Assembly (NCBI GenBank): GCA_029953675.1
Contig: JAMWBK010000005.1
Location: 1,674,001 to 1,738,000 of the forward strand
Reading direction: 5' to 3'
Length of the DNA: 64,000 bases
Origin: Rhodosorus marinus CCMP1338
Taxonomy: Eukaryota > Plantae > Rhodophyta
The notes beneath the pieces were generated by a model. The model was not told where the DNA came from and made no database searches. It worked only from the letters and a program-made list of their open reading frames with translations. The position numbers were made by a program, and so were the translations under genes. Every line of letters begins with the position of its first letter. Within the stretch, counting starts at the first letter, position 1. Below are positions 11,689-24,295 of the stretch, piece by piece.

Positions 11689-14048
11689 GGCGGAAAAAGT
11701 CCGTTTCCTTGTCGCGGAAGACAAACTTCCGCTCCCAACCCGCTCAAGAAAAAAAAACAAACAAAAGAACCCTCGTCGGCTTCCCCTCCTCCTTCCCGAG
11801 AAAACTCCAACTCCAAATCAGCTCTCTTCCCACCGCACCTCTTCCTCCTCCTTGTAACAGTACAAGCTCTTGAACTCTGCTCAATCCCTGCAAGCCGTGG
11901 AGCAAGTCGCCTCCTCGAACCCCTAAAAAGTCTCAAAACATATCTGTCATCTTGCAACCCCAAAACGGAAAAGCGTCGTTTTCCAAGATTCTAAGGATTT
12001 TGAGAGAGACCTTTGCGCGCTCTTTCTATCTGAACAAGCTTCTTCACCAGCTGTTCGTCTTATTGGAATTGTGGTCTCCGACATCGAGAAGCTTTCATTT
12101 GAATACTAGTCTGAGCTATCTACCTATGTCTTTCTCTGTGAAAGTTAACGGCATTGCATCCTCCTTGCGCGCTCTTTAGGAATGGCCCAGAGCAGAGAAA
12201 GAGCCGCTGCCTCCGGGAAAACCCTGCTTCTGTCGCTGACGAGGTATGCCGCTATTAGTAGAGGCGCGCTGGCAGACTCACTTTTAAAGGAGGACGGGTT
12301 GTGGGAGGGAAGTCCTTAACATTAGGAGCCACACTGAGCGGCCACGTTGCGCGAGCGTGTAGGGATGAAAAGTAGAGAACAAAAAAATGGAGGAAAAGTA
12401 GCAAGGCTGCGCTGTGCGTTAGTTCATGTCGAGCCGGGACCTAGAGCACTTTGCCTTATTCTTAGAGAAATAAAAGGGAGCCAAGGACAGACAGCTAGCT
12501 AGCAATTAGTCGCCACAAGCCTAACAGTGAAGACCCACCATAGCTGTCTTTAGCCCCCTAATCCTACCCCACCCACAAAACAGTCAAAAAGATAAAATGA
12601 CTGAATAATAATTGATTGAGAACAAACCAAAACTTCAGATAATGACTGATGAATTTTTGATTGATTATTCAATCCGCAATCACGTAGACTCACGTAGGGG
12701 TGGTGCGGTTCGCAGGGACTATTGAAGGGGGCTAGTCATCCCTTGGAATTGCTGTGCCCTGCAGAAGTAGATTTTAGAAATAAAATATAACATAATTAAG
12801 TAGCGAAGAATTCGATACAATTCGATACAGGGGGTGTCCGTAAATAGAGAGACTGTCATTCCCGCTCAGGTGTCCCCTTCTCCTCCCCCTCTCCTTTCCT
12901 CCCCCCCGGCCTCCAATATGCAGAAGTCAGAGGTCGGGCGGGACAAACCGTGGGGACAAAAATACGGTTGATTATCATTTATTATTATTATATCTATATA
13001 CCTATTTTTTGGGCTGGTTGAAGTTTTCCGAGACGCACCCCCTCTTTTTGGTCGATTCAGGTCGGGGATCGGGAAGAAGGTTTTCCGTTTTAAGGGGCTC
13101 AGACTACTCTTCTTTTTGTTTTGAAAAAACCAATGGAACTGCATGATAGCAGTTTTATCGGTGCTTTATACAAAATCGATTTTTTCTGCCCCCTAACTAC
13201 GATTCGTGCTTTGTACATGATGAGCGAACCTGCCTAGATTTACACCCCCCTAATAGTTCTTACCTGTCAAATATCTCACCTTTTATTACCACAAAAGGTG
13301 TAGAATATTCTCTAAGGGAGGTGGTCCTCGCATCGTCTGTAGTTGCTTTTTTGAGGAGTCCATTTGGCAAGGGGTGTGCCCAATAGCCGAAATCTCTTGT
13401 AGCGCTAGGAAACGAGAGCCAGACTCCATTTTAGGAGATTGAGGTATGTTCATACAATCGGGACCTCGAGCCGCCCTACCTCTCCCAACAGTTTCATCCT
13501 GTCCCGCTCATGTGTTGGTGAGTGCTTCACTAAGCTGAAGACGGCCTTGGGAATGCGGCAGCCAGATACAAGGCGCTTCCGAACGGGTGCCGCAATTGAC
13601 TTCCTACGAAACTCCCCATCGCTTTTTTTTCCCCTGAACTTGAGAAAACCCCGAATCGCCGAACCCCTCAAAAAAGCCAAACGGTAAAGGGCTGAACGAT
13701 ACCCAAAAACTGAACCACGAACGATCAAAAAGTAGACACAAGAATTCATATTCTAATGAAAACATTTATCAGGGATCGTTGTACGCGGTTTTGGAAGACT
13801 TAATCTAAAATAGATTCGTAAATCTGGAAAGTTTGGGTATTGGAGGTGGTTCAATCGATTTGTCAATGGCTTTTGGCTTTGTCTAATCGGGTGGGGTTGC
13901 GGTGATGCGAGAACGGGATAGGTTGGGGCGGTTGGAGTTAGGGAACTTCAGGGAGAAATCTGTATCGAGGTTTTTTCGTTCTAGGCAATGATGAAGAGTA
14001 CGGTTTAAGGCTAGAAATGTGGAGGAGGAGAGGGTTTGGGCGAGAGAG

Positions 14049-15111
14049 ATGCTGAGATCTGTTGCTAACCGTGGGGTGTTTCTAGGGGGTGTGAGGATAG
14101 ATGGGTTCGGGAGGTACAAGAGTACGGTGAGCGGGGTGGCTGGGTTGGACGATGCGAGTGCAGGGCAGGCTACGCCGGAAGCTACTACCAATGAGGCTCG
14201 CGAAACCGTAGAAGAGGTTCCTGGGGAGGCCAAGCGAGGTAACAAAAAAAGAAGACGAAGGCGTTTCATGCATTGTTGATTTTCCTTGTTTCTTGCTATT
14301 GGTGTTCGAATTGAGGTTTATTTATTTTCGTCAAACTGAGAACCTACTACCATATTCTCATTTCCTTGTTTTGTTTGGTCTTGGGGATGCATAGGATTGA
14401 ATCATCGCTGCGTCCTCACCCTCGACAATGATATGATCCGTCCATTTATAAAAAAGGACGCGTTCATTGCGCCGTCCGCTACGATTGTGGGTTATACTGG
14501 GATCAGTTTCAAAACTTGCATAATGCATAATAGCGTGATCAGGGGCGATCTGGCTTATTGCTATGTTGGTGCTTACTGCGTCATCGAGGAGAATGTAGTC
14601 GCGGTAGCAGGTACCATTGCAAACCCTTCAGGTGACGTATCAATCGAGGATTATTGTTACATTGGATCTGGATCCGTGTTAAGATCTTGTACGATCCAGC
14701 GATATGCAATAGTTGGTAATGGCTCCATAATTGAGGAGAACGTTTTTGTCGGCGAAGCGAGTATCGTTGAACCGAAATCGGTGAGCAAACATCGATAGCC
14801 CACTTCAATGTTCCGGATTACCAGAACTGACTCGGATTGCCGCTGTTCATAAGGTGGTACCTGCTGGGACGGAAATTCCTACCGGCCAGATCTGGGGAGG
14901 AAACCCCGCGAAATTCAAAGGCAACGTTGATAAGTTCACCTTCGCCGATAGAGGAAACGAGATGAGGGCCATGTGCAAGCAGATCCTTAAATGGTACAAG
15001 CCAATGTACCTTCCCTACTCTTCGGCATGGTTGGAAAAGGAGGCGCTCAGCAGAAAGCGAGAAACGCAAGTTGCGGAAGCCGAGTTTTCATCACGAACGC
15101 AGAAAGGATAG
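14049..15111 (+). CDS. Gamma-carbonic-anhydrase-like protein (mitochondrial complex I CA domain, CAL type); 3 exons
   Basis: Hexapeptide beta-helix FIAPSATIVG, SVIRGDL, IGSGSVLRSCTI and VVPAGTEIPTGQIWGGNPAKF. Introns 14239-14394 and 14781-14853. Arg/Ser/Gly-rich presequence. Confidence 0.88.
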
Positions 15112-15429
15112 GGCCTCCAGGCGAAGTATATTTGTCTATTTGCTGTTCCTGATTCTACCAATTTTATCTAATTTCTCCGAGCCCCAGCGGAGTGAAACTG
15201 TTGTCTTCTCTCCGCCCCACTTTAAAAGTGGTTGTTTTAATGATCGGCGGCAGTGCAGAAGTAAATATCCATGAACCACAACAAACTCTCTCGAGAGCCC
15301 CGGTCATAGAACAGAAAAGCCTTTTCCCCGTCCGCCATCAGCATTCGCGTATCCGACCAATTGATGCTCAAGGAGCTTTCTTGGCGCAGTAGCAACAACG
15401 GTATTAGCCTAGTCAATCTGATTCAGCTA

Positions 15430-16752
15430 TTTAGCGATTCCTCCGCATTCTTTCTCGGAACGCCTTAAAGCAGAATCGCAAGTTACACCGGACTCGTTCA
15501 ACTAGACGAGCCTGAACCTTAGCTCGAGTTCTTGTATTCAGGTTCGTGGAAATTGAGTACGCCGGCCTCCCCTCTGTTTAGACTTCACATCCTGCTTCGC
15601 GGAGAGTAGGGCAGTACGTCAGTCCTTCAGACAAAGGCATATGGATGAGCGATGAACGAAATCGCTTTTACCAGGTTTGCTGTGCTATAATGGACTGGAG
15701 TGGTCGCAGTACCTCTGCGCGTCAGTGCCACACTTATTCGCGGTGTTTAAACGGCAAGAGTGTGGCTGAGCTCACTTATCCAAGCTGTTCTCAAGCGTAG
15801 CCTTTGATGGGTAATTCTGCTCAAGACATGATCAAGCGTGTCTAGAGCACACAATGATTCCGATTTTATTTATACACTACATCGAAACGTCTACTCTACA
15901 TGTGCGCGCTTCTGTTTCCGTTACTTCCTGGAAACAAGCCCCGTCGAGCTGTTCCACAGCAAAAGATGAAAAACCTGCACTGCCGGCAGTACAAGAAGAG
16001 CTCAGCGATGACATCACCGATAGGAACTTCGTCCACTACTTCCCAAGAAAAGCCTCGCTGCAAAAAACAGTACTGTCCAACTGTCCAACTCTACAACGGC
16101 ACAATGGAATCCGCTACCTGCCCGAGTTTGGCATTAAATGCGTCCAAGCGTTTAAGCATGTCCTGAATCTCCTCCTCCTTCTTCTGGATTCGTTTCTTCA
16201 ATTGGATGACCTCCTCCTGTTTACAATGGATTATCACTTTCAGACGGCATCATTTCGCTTACCATATTATCGCAAAACGTACCGAATCGGTGCTGTTAAT
16301 CACGGGAACCCAGCGTTCAGGCTTCTTTGCAATACCCTCTCGTTCCTGTCTCTCCTGTACATCCTGTTCCTTCCTTCTCCTCACAGCTTCATATGCCTCA
16401 TCCGATATCTCCTTCCGATAGTTTCCATCGAGCTTCGCCTTCGCTGGAGATGCTCCTATTGACTCAAACTTCTCCAGTCTCGATTGCAAAGACTCACCAC
16501 CTACAAAACCCAAAGAACCCTAGGACCGTGATCAGTTCAACAGCAAAACACAATCTCTTCAAGGTTCAAGTGCTGCTGGTCTTGCTCACCAGACATTTTT
16601 TTGTTCTCGTTTGTCACTCTAGTTTCCTTCACAGTTTCATGACAACAACCAAGTTTCCCTCCCGAAAACGAACTGTGCCAATCCCCATCACCGCGATGAC
16701 CAACGGCGTTGATATTAGTCAAGTGTGTCCCATCGAAGCCGGAATGTCCCAA
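15430..16752 (-). CDS. Possible multi-exon hypothetical coiled-coil protein
   Basis: Charged helical fragments on the minus strand (EISDEAYEAVRRRKEQDVQERQERE; KQEEVIQLKKRIQKKEEEIQDMLKRLD) are bordered by GT donors. The full exon structure was not resolved. Confidence 0.35.
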
Positions 16753-18220
16753 GATTCTTCAAACATTGCTCAGAGCTCCGGTTGGGCTGCTAGCTCGTAC
16801 AGGGACAGGGAACTGCTTGCTTAGTACCTGAAAATCGAGCGAGAACCAGGCAGTGTCGGGGCAGTTGGCCTGAATTAATCGCAGAACTCAGTTCAAGTAG
16901 AGTTCACCGGATGGTCAAGAGTAGCAAAAAAACGGAATGTACGATTCTTCTTCATCCACTGTGGGTATTTAGCGCGTTTTGTCGGTCGAAAGGAAGCTGA
17001 GAGTCTCACAATAGGTCTCTACTTTCTAGTTAAGATAATACAACATCGAAGGGCTCCTGCTCGGGGCCTAGTCGACGGTCGACTTACAGCTTGCGCATAT
17101 CCGAGTTGAATAGACCCATCGTTGCACTCCGTTCTGTGCATTCAAGCAGAAATGGGAGGCCGGGGGTGCGGGGCTGCTGGATTTTGGTCTTGAGGTGCTT
17201 GCTTTCTTAGAGCCTCGTTTTGTATTGAAATCACAAGATCCAATACCATCAAAAGGTGCACTGGTAACGAACGTAGGACGTCGTTTGACGCTCTATAGAT
17301 CACTCAAGTATTAGGTTCGCCAGTAGTTGATGCAATTCTCAAAGCACTCCTCAACTAGACTACCCAACACAAATGAATCGTACGGGGAACCGTCCAGTTC
17401 TACAAAAAAGTTGAGCGAGCACTTGGACGTTAACGGTTGTAGGTTAGGGACGCCCTGGCCTACCTTTTCTACTGCACGTCTTGTTCATCTGCGCCACTGG
17501 AGCAGTGACAGGTCCTGCGGCAGTTCGACGCGCCCAGTGCCGTCGAGCAGCTTGAGCTGCGGATGACAAGGATTGACAACTATAGGTCATATACGGTCAG
17601 AACTTGTCGAGCTCATTCGAGTAATGGCATTTCTATTGTTAGATTCTCACTAGATATCCGAACGAGAAACGTAACCCCTCAGCAAGCCCCAATTCACAAG
17701 CTTGTTACAGACCCGGTCCACCAATCTAGTTTTCCCAAAAAAACATGAACCAAACCGCACCATTTGCTCCTTCTATTTTCTCTAAAAACGACAACGAGGA
17801 ATACATAATTGTAACGGATCCGAGGAAATCATGTTTCTCGGAAATTATTTTCAGCCAAGATCTCATGATCTCCATTTCGCCAACAGAAAATGGCGTCAAC
17901 TCCCCAAAGTTAGATTTTCATGTATACTATTTTCAATAATTGAAAGATTTTATAATGCATTTCAAGATATTATGTTCTAGAATATGAAATATATGTCATA
18001 ATCTAACAAACGCTTCCTCGAAAAAAAAACGGATCATCTCCAATACTAAGACAGTCTGTCCCACTAATCGTTGATTATTTATTGGAAAAGTATGACCGTT
18101 CGATGGGGATCAACTCCCCATTGATGGAGATGGTGCCCTTTTTCATTTGCCTTTTGACGAAGACGACGAATGGGATTGGACTGTCGTGATTTGATCTTGC
18201 CACCCTAGGGTAGTCATAAT

Positions 18221-18761
18221 CGTCCGATAAATTTGTCTTGCCCCGGGAGACCATCGAAAACATGTAGACAAGGGGGGATCACTCTGAAATTCTCTAAAAC
18301 ACTTGTCTGATTGCTTGTCTGATAAATCGTAGGATAAAACGTCCGCAATTCAAACCAAACGTTAGTCTAATCATCGATCGTCTCCCGATACAGGTATTGA
18401 ATTATGATTACTTCTTCGATATGAACAGGCTGTCATACAAAAATCGAAAGGGTTTTTGGAATGCTCAGATTCAACATTCTGAAGAATGTGTTACGTCCTG
18501 AATGGAGAACGTGTCAAATGTCATTTTGCAGTGGCAAAGTGTCCCAAAGAAGGAGATTGAAGTTCAATCAATACACATTGTTGATTGACGAAGATCGGAA
18601 CGTTGATCGGTCGCTAATCGGTCGTTATCGGACGGTACTCCAAGACAAGCCTTCTGTTTTTATTTCTTATTCAGGTCAGATAAGCTTATATCGTACACGA
18701 GAAGAATATAAAATCTGTTAATTATCAAGACATAGACATCCCGTCCGATAAGTATCGGACG
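18221..18761. promoter_or_regulatory. Cluster of CGTCCGATA / GATAA motifs upstream of pyruvate carboxylase
   Basis: The 9-mer or its reverse complement occurs at 18221, 18626, 18742 and 18753; the last two form a perfect inverted repeat. Regulatory function is inferred only. Confidence 0.4.
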
Positions 18762-18951
18762 CCATTGGACCTTTTGTTTTTGGATCGGGGCGGATATATG
18801 ACAACACTGATCTATTGCTGAGATATTTTGGATTGATGGGGAGGGGATAGGGTTTGCTCATGGACAATGTGAAGGAGGGAGGGGGGAAGGACGGACGGTT
18901 GGCCTGTGTGAATGGGTTGGTTGGTGGTTTTTATTAGGATTAGAGGGAAAG

Positions 18952-21900
18952 ATGAAAGGACCTGTATTGGGTATGTGGCAGCGGGGCATGGGGCCTGAGC
19001 TGCTCCGCGGTGGTGTAGTGACGTCTGCGATGTGGAGGTCCAGGATCGGGTCTTCGCGGGCGATGGCCGCAGGGACGAAGAGGAAGTTTAAGAGCCTCAT
19101 GTGCTGCAACCGGGGCGAAATTGCTATCCGAGTTTTTCGAGCGGCGACTGAGCTTGGGATGCGTACGGTGTGTTTCAGGCGGAAACTGTACACCTTGTTC
19201 CCTGGTTTTCAGTGACGAAGTTTTTCTAACTAGCTGTCTCTATTTGGGTTGGGATGCTCAAGGTTGGCGTCTATGCGCAAGAAGACAGACATTCCCTGCA
19301 TAGGTACAAATGCGATGAATCTTATCAGCTCGCAGATAGTATTACACCGGTTGGCGCGTACCTGGACATCGACAACATTATTGGAATTGCTAAGGACAAG
19401 AACGTAGACGCAATTCACCCTGGGTACGCAACGCTTAGTGAACCATCGTCCGATTCTGACTCACACTTGCGGACAGCTGAAATAAGGTGAACTCTCCCTG
19501 TTTCTTAAAGCTACGGGTTTCTCTCTGAAAACTCGAACTTCGCGAAAGCATGTGAGGAAAATGGAATAGCGTTTGTAGGACCACAAGCGAAGGTGCTTCG
19601 ACTCTTTGGAGACAAGACCGAAGCCAGAAAACTCGCGATCGATGCGAAAGTTAGCATCGTCCCAGGATCCCCTGGTCCAATCACGAACCTTGAGGAGGTA
19701 ATGACAGCGTTCAGGATTGAATATCCTTTAACGCTCGTCAAGATAACCAGCTCACCCGTTACTTACACTTAGCCCCTGTCTGAAACGCTGGTCTAGGCCC
19801 GAGAATTCGTCGAGGGAAAGAATGGAATTGGGTTCCCGGTTATCGTGAAGGCTGCACATGGAGGAGGTGGCAGGGGCATGAGGGTTGTCTTTGACCCAGT
19901 GGAATTCTCAGAGTCGGTCTCAAGGTATGAGACGAAGAAAACTCTCTCTGCTTCGCAGAGCCTTGGGATGCATCCGGTCACGGGCCTTGCACATGTGCGC
20001 TAAGGCCAATCTCTGGGGCTGTCAATCAGCTGAATGATTTCTTCTGTCCATTAGGGCTCAATCTGAAGCGGAGAAAGCATTTGGCGACGGTACGGTCTTC
20101 ATAGAGCGCTTTGTGCATCGCCCACGCCATATCGAGGTTCAGGTTCTCGCCGACGGCACTGGCGATGTCGTACATTTGTATGAGCGCGATTGCAGCGTCC
20201 AGAGAAGACATCAAAAGGTTGGAGAATTGGAGATCACGAAGACTGGTCTCCTCTGAGGGCGGCGAGATACTCACTGGTCGCTGCGCTTCCACCTATTTGA
20301 CAGGTCGTGGAGATTGCTCCAGCGAGTGGACTTCCCGACAAAGTCCGTGAGACGCTGTGGAACGACTCCGTCCGATTAATCAAGAACTCTGCTTATAAGA
20401 ATGCCGGAACCGTTGAATTCCTAATAGATCAGAGTGGCAGGCACTATTTCATTGAGGTGAATCCGCGAGTTCAGGTCGAACATACTGTAACTGAGGAAGT
20501 CACCGGGATCGATGTAGTCCAAAGCCAGATCAGGATTGCGCAAGGAGAGACTCTGAAGGAAATTGGATTGGAACAGGATAAGATCCAGCTTCGAGGGTAC
20601 TAACTGGCAAGCCAGCCATAGTGATTCTGTATCTGGAACTAATCCTTTTTGTTTCGTGCGGGAACCAAGGTACGCCATTCAATGCCGTGTTACGACGGAA
20701 AATCCTGCAAACAATTTCCTGCCGGACTATGGGAGGATTGACGCGTTTCGACCGGGCGAGGGAATGGGAATTCGTTTGGACTCCGCAGCTGGCTTCGCCG
20801 GGGCAGTCGTGACTCCTCATTATGATTCCTTGCTCATCAAAGTCAGTGTTTTTCCCTTCAAAGAGCAGAATATTGCTTCTAAATGGAAACATCATCTCAA
20901 CTTGAGCGACAATTTCGAATCGGTTCCTTAGGTAACAGCACATGCTCTGGAGTTTACGAAGGCCGCGGAAAAGCTGAGACGTGCATTGCTCGAGTTCCGT
21001 GTACGAGGGGTGCACACGAACATTCCCTTCCTCAAGACGGTCTTGAATCATCCAGTGTTCCTTCAGCAGCAGATGGCGACCGATTTTATCGACGCGCATC
21101 CCGAACTGTTCGTATTCCCACCACAGAGGGATCGTGCGAATAAGATTCTAAGGTACCGCCTCGCATGTTTCTACCCTGAAGAGCAGCTAAACCTCTTTTG
21201 ATCAAAATGCTCAATTGGCGCGATGCTCGCTGTGGTCTCAACGATCAGATTCCTGGCTGAGAATGTAGTGAATGGCCATCCGATGCCTGGCCCTGACAAA
21301 ACCAAAGAGCCATCACAGCTATTACCGGTCGTGCCTATCTACGATCCGAACGAAGATGCTCCAAATGGATGGAAGCAGGTAATCGACAAAGAGGGACCTG
21401 AGGGATTCGCCAAGGCCGTAAGAAAGTTCCCCTATACACTTCTAGGTGATACTACATGGCGAGATGCACATCAATCTCTGCTGGCGACTAGAATGAGGAC
21501 AGTAGACATGGCATCAATTGCTCCAGCTACATCGAGAGCGTTCTCCGGTTTGTATGCTATTGAGTGCTGGGGTGGAGCTACCTTTGACGTCTGCATGAGG
21601 TAGGCAATTCATCGTCGAGCCTGTTGAGATTTGCTTGGAGGCTAACGAGAATGATTTGATTTAATTTTTCGTTAGGTTCCTCCGTGAGGACCCTTGGCAG
21701 CGACTCCATCATCTTCGAAACCTCGTACCGAACGTACCCTTCCAGATGCTTCTCCGGGGGGCAAACGCAGTGGGATACACGAGCTACCCTGACAACCTCG
21801 TGTACGAGTTTTGCAAGCACGCTAGACAGGGGGGTGTTGACGTTTTTAGGGTGTTCGACTCCCTCAACTATGTAGACAATCTTTTGATCGGAATGGATGC

Positions 21901-24295
21901 TGTCCACAAAGCGGATGGCGTTGTACAAGGTGAAATCTGCTACACTGGTGATGTGAGGGGCACTCCGAGAAAAGACAAGTACGGCTTGGACTACTATTTG
22001 AACATTGCCGATCAGCTTGTCAACAAGGGAAGCACGCATGTCCTTGGAATTAAGGACATGGCTGGATTGCTCAAGCCAGAATCTGCTAGGTAGGAAGCTT
22101 TGCAACCCCGCCGACTTGTACGGAGATCCTAGGGGAAACAGTTTTGCGCCGAAAAATAGTGTCGAGGCGGATCAGCTGCTCACTGATCGGTGAAAACGTC
22201 TTGAATCCATGCTTTTGTTGAAAAGGGAACTTATTGGTGCCCTGAGGAAGGAGTTCCCGAACACACCAATTCACGTCCACACGCATGATACTGGTGGCGT
22301 TGGGGTAGCATCAATGTTGGCGTGTGCGGAGGCGGGTGCTGACATTGTACATGGAGCTATCGACAGCATGAGCGGCACAACCTCGCAGCCACCTCTTGGG
22401 TCGATCATGGAATCCTTGCGGCAGAGGGAAAAGTAAGTAGATGCCACAAACAGGGGGGGGGGGGTAGGAGTGGTCCGTCCACCTTCTGCCTCGTGTTCAG
22501 TCCTATTGCTCAACTCCGCGTGGGTCTACTTGCGCATTTCAGTTGGCCTTCAAAGCCCGTGAAAACTGGCAAACATGCCATTCACCTCCCAGAATCTGAG
22601 AAGTTTTTCGAACTGCACGACTATTGGGATACCATGCGCGGACATTATGCACCCTTCGAGCAGGTAGGTTGAACTACCGAAGCTTTCCAGATCATTGACT
22701 GCTTTGACGTCTTACCCATAGAGCCACTGTCGTTAATTATGATGTAGGGAGCAAGAAGCACATCCGTGGACGTTTTTGAGCACGAAATGCCAGGTGGTCA
22801 ATACACCAATCTAATGTTTCAATCGCAGTCGCTGGGCCTCGCAAAGCAGTGGAAGGAGGTCAAGAAAGCTTATGCGGACGCAAATAGGATTCTTGGCAAT
22901 ATTGTCAAGGTTTGTTCAACGGCTTGAACTTTGCTTAGTGTCATACAGCGAATAGCAAATAGGAACATATCATCCATGCTCGGAAGAGTTAACTTCTAAT
23001 GGTTTTCCCTATCTAATGCCTGCGCATAGGTTACTCCGTCTTCGAAAGTCGTTGGTGACCTCGCACAGTTCATGGTTACGAACAAGCTTTCAGGAGATGA
23101 TATTGTCGAAAGAGCTGACAGCCTGGACTTACCCAGATCAGTCGTTGAGTTTCTTCAAGGCCAGCTCGGCTTTCCTTACGGTGGATTCCCGGAACCGCTT
23201 AGGTAAGACAGTCGCAACTCGCAGTGTACGCTTGCAAGGTGAAGGAGGGACTAGAGCAATCCAGCTAAATTGCTCCACCCGTTGCGCCGCGTGAAAATCA
23301 TTAGGGGCAAAGTTCTTAGGCGTGCTCAGCTTGAGCCTTTGAAGACGCGGCCCGGTGAAAACCTTCCGCCACTGGATTTCAAGGCACTCAAGGAGAGGCT
23401 GGTGGAGAAGTTTGAGAGCGCCCAAAAGCACGGCCTTCAAATCTCCGATACGGTGCGTTGGACTTGTGTTGTGATCACTTTATCGGCTTTTCTAATGGAC
23501 TTTGCTGACTCTCATCTGCCCATAAATACTATGCGTATTTCTTCATCTAGGATGTGGTATCTGCAGCGCTTTATCCAAGCGTCTTCGACGACTTCAAACA
23601 TTTCCAGCAGGTCTACAGTGAAGAAGTTACTCACCTCCCAACCAACGTTTTCGTGCACCCAATGGAAGTTGGTCAGGAGTTCTTTTTCTCGATTGAAGAA
23701 GGAAAGAGACTCTACGTGAAGCTGCTCTCTGTTTCAGACCAGCTTGATGCCAATGGTCGCCGTGACGTCTACTTTGACTTGAACGGCGTGCCTAGGCTTG
23801 TTAAGGTACATATAGTTCTGCTTCTGTAGATTTCGAAAGGTTTTGTTCCTTTAGCGGGAATGTCGGGAATGGGTTGCCTGACTCTAATCGCTTGGGTGTT
23901 CGTGTTTGACTTTACTCCGGAATGCAGATCGCGGACAGGGAGGCCGCCAAGCACATGGACACGAAGCCGATTGAGAGGATCGATTCCTTGAATCCTGCCC
24001 ATGTGGGCGCTAGCATGCCAGGTACAGTTGTTGATGTTCGTACTTCTGTTGGTAAGCGAGTAGAAAAGGGGGAACCGCTCGTGGTACTGAGCGCCATGAA
24101 GATGGAAACCGTCATTGCTGCGCCTCGAGCTGGCCACGTCAAGCGCATAATAGCAGAGGTGAGTCGATAGAGGGAATATCCTTCACCCAGATCTCTCGCT
24201 AAGTTTTCCCGGTTCCTTTGACTCTTGGGTTGTTTCTGCAGGTCGGTAATCTCGTTGCGAATGAAGATCTTCTCATTGAGCTCAGATTGGATTAA
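18952..24295 (+). CDS. PYC: Pyruvate carboxylase, probably mitochondrial; about 17 introns
   Basis: Biotin carboxylase motifs ([70 protein letters not shown]). Carboxyltransferase motifs ([46 protein letters not shown]). Biotinyl domain with AMKM. Stop at 24293-24295. Confidence 0.97.

Noticed and set aside
12651-12765. Sm-site-like AATTTTTGA with adjacent hairpins (possible snRNA)
   Set aside because: No U1, U2, U4, U5 or U6 signature sequence nearby; the motif is expected by chance in AT-rich DNA. An Rfam scan would settle it.
13450-13640. Minus-strand MGSFVGS start resembling a plastid transit peptide
   Set aside because: Stop after about 30 codons and no downstream recognisable domain.
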